A stretch of DNA of 63,364 bases, filler included, from Porpidia crustulata (Eukaryota): assembly GCA_964255105.1 (NCBI GenBank). It is 13 parts of 13 records of this genome, joined end to end, with 100 filler letters (N's around TTAATTAATTAA, not from the genome) between each part and the next. Parts side by side here need not be neighbours in the genome. Positions count along the whole stretch, not along the records: positions 58,613 to 63,364 come from CAXUWE010002003.1; 12 more parts are not named here. One strand, 5' to 3'. Below, in pieces: positions 62,800 to 63,364 of this stretch (positions are counted from its first letter, which is position 1; each line of letters starts with the position of its first letter). The notes beneath the pieces were generated by a model, which made no database searches, was not told where the DNA came from, and saw nothing but the letters and a program-made list of their open reading frames with translations. The position numbers were made by a program, and so were the translations under genes.

Positions 62800-63364
62800 A
62801 ATTTAAAAAGCGACAAGGTCTGCTTGATGCGATAACGAAATAGACGGGTAACATCTCAATGAAGCTTACTAAATATATATTCACTGCGTCCTAACATAAC
62901 AACAATATCAAATTACATTCATGCTTGGGTTACTAAAATCTTATTTATCTTTTCGTTTTTTATTCTCATTATTCATCTCGTCTTGTTACTATCTAAGAGA
63001 AAAAATTACGACGTTAATGATGTAAACTTTTATCGAAATCAAGTCGCGGAAGAAACGTTGTTACGATTTGGACTCGATGTTAATAATAAAATGTACGATT
63101 CAGAATTTCATTTATTTTTGTTCTTGACAATCTTTTTCTTCCTCTTTCGATCCTTTCTCCGTCACATCTTACTCTCTCTTTCACGACTCTCCCTCCTTCC
63201 ACATCACCCTCCACTTCCTTCCACCCCCCTTACCACACATCCCCACTCCTGCCACCCACTCCGACATCGCCATTAACGCACAATCTCTCTCCTACCTTCC
63301 CCGTTCAGCTCTCCAGCTCCATGTTATCGTGTCGTTTCTTTGTATCCTAGAAATATGAATTGAT

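Overview
This is eukaryotic DNA from a filamentous ascomycete (Pezizomycotina), judged from short GT-AG introns with CTRAC/CTAAT branch sites and fungal orthologues. It is not a continuous locus. It consists of 13 contigs of 4.75-4.81 kb, sorted by decreasing length and joined by 12 artificial 100-bp spacers (N44-TTAATTAATTAA-N44), so gene neighbourhood is meaningful only within a contig. Housekeeping genes: GSH1/GCS1, ATG1, SEC63, DML1/misato, TRM6/GCD10, mitochondrial GatA (HER2), MSH2, a secreted 5'-nucleotidase-type metallophosphoesterase, an intron-rich GH18 chitinase, a GT32 mannosyltransferase, two NAD(P)-binding oxidoreductases and an intron-containing tRNA-Ser(CGA). Accessory content: an FHA-like/kinase protein with tyrosine-kinase-like motifs, a PD-(D/E)xK-like (DUF7924-type) protein, a HeLo-like/ankyrin protein with an acidic repeat, a decayed NACHT gene next to a DUF6594-type membrane protein, and a MYND gene with one internal stop. 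The strongest novel candidates are a 117-bp TA-flanked MITE carrying telomere-type TTAGGG sequence (two copies, both upstream of genes), the atypical kinase, and a recurrent C-rich to G-rich strand-skew switch that coincides with many contig breaks. All family names come from motif recognition by eye, not database searches.
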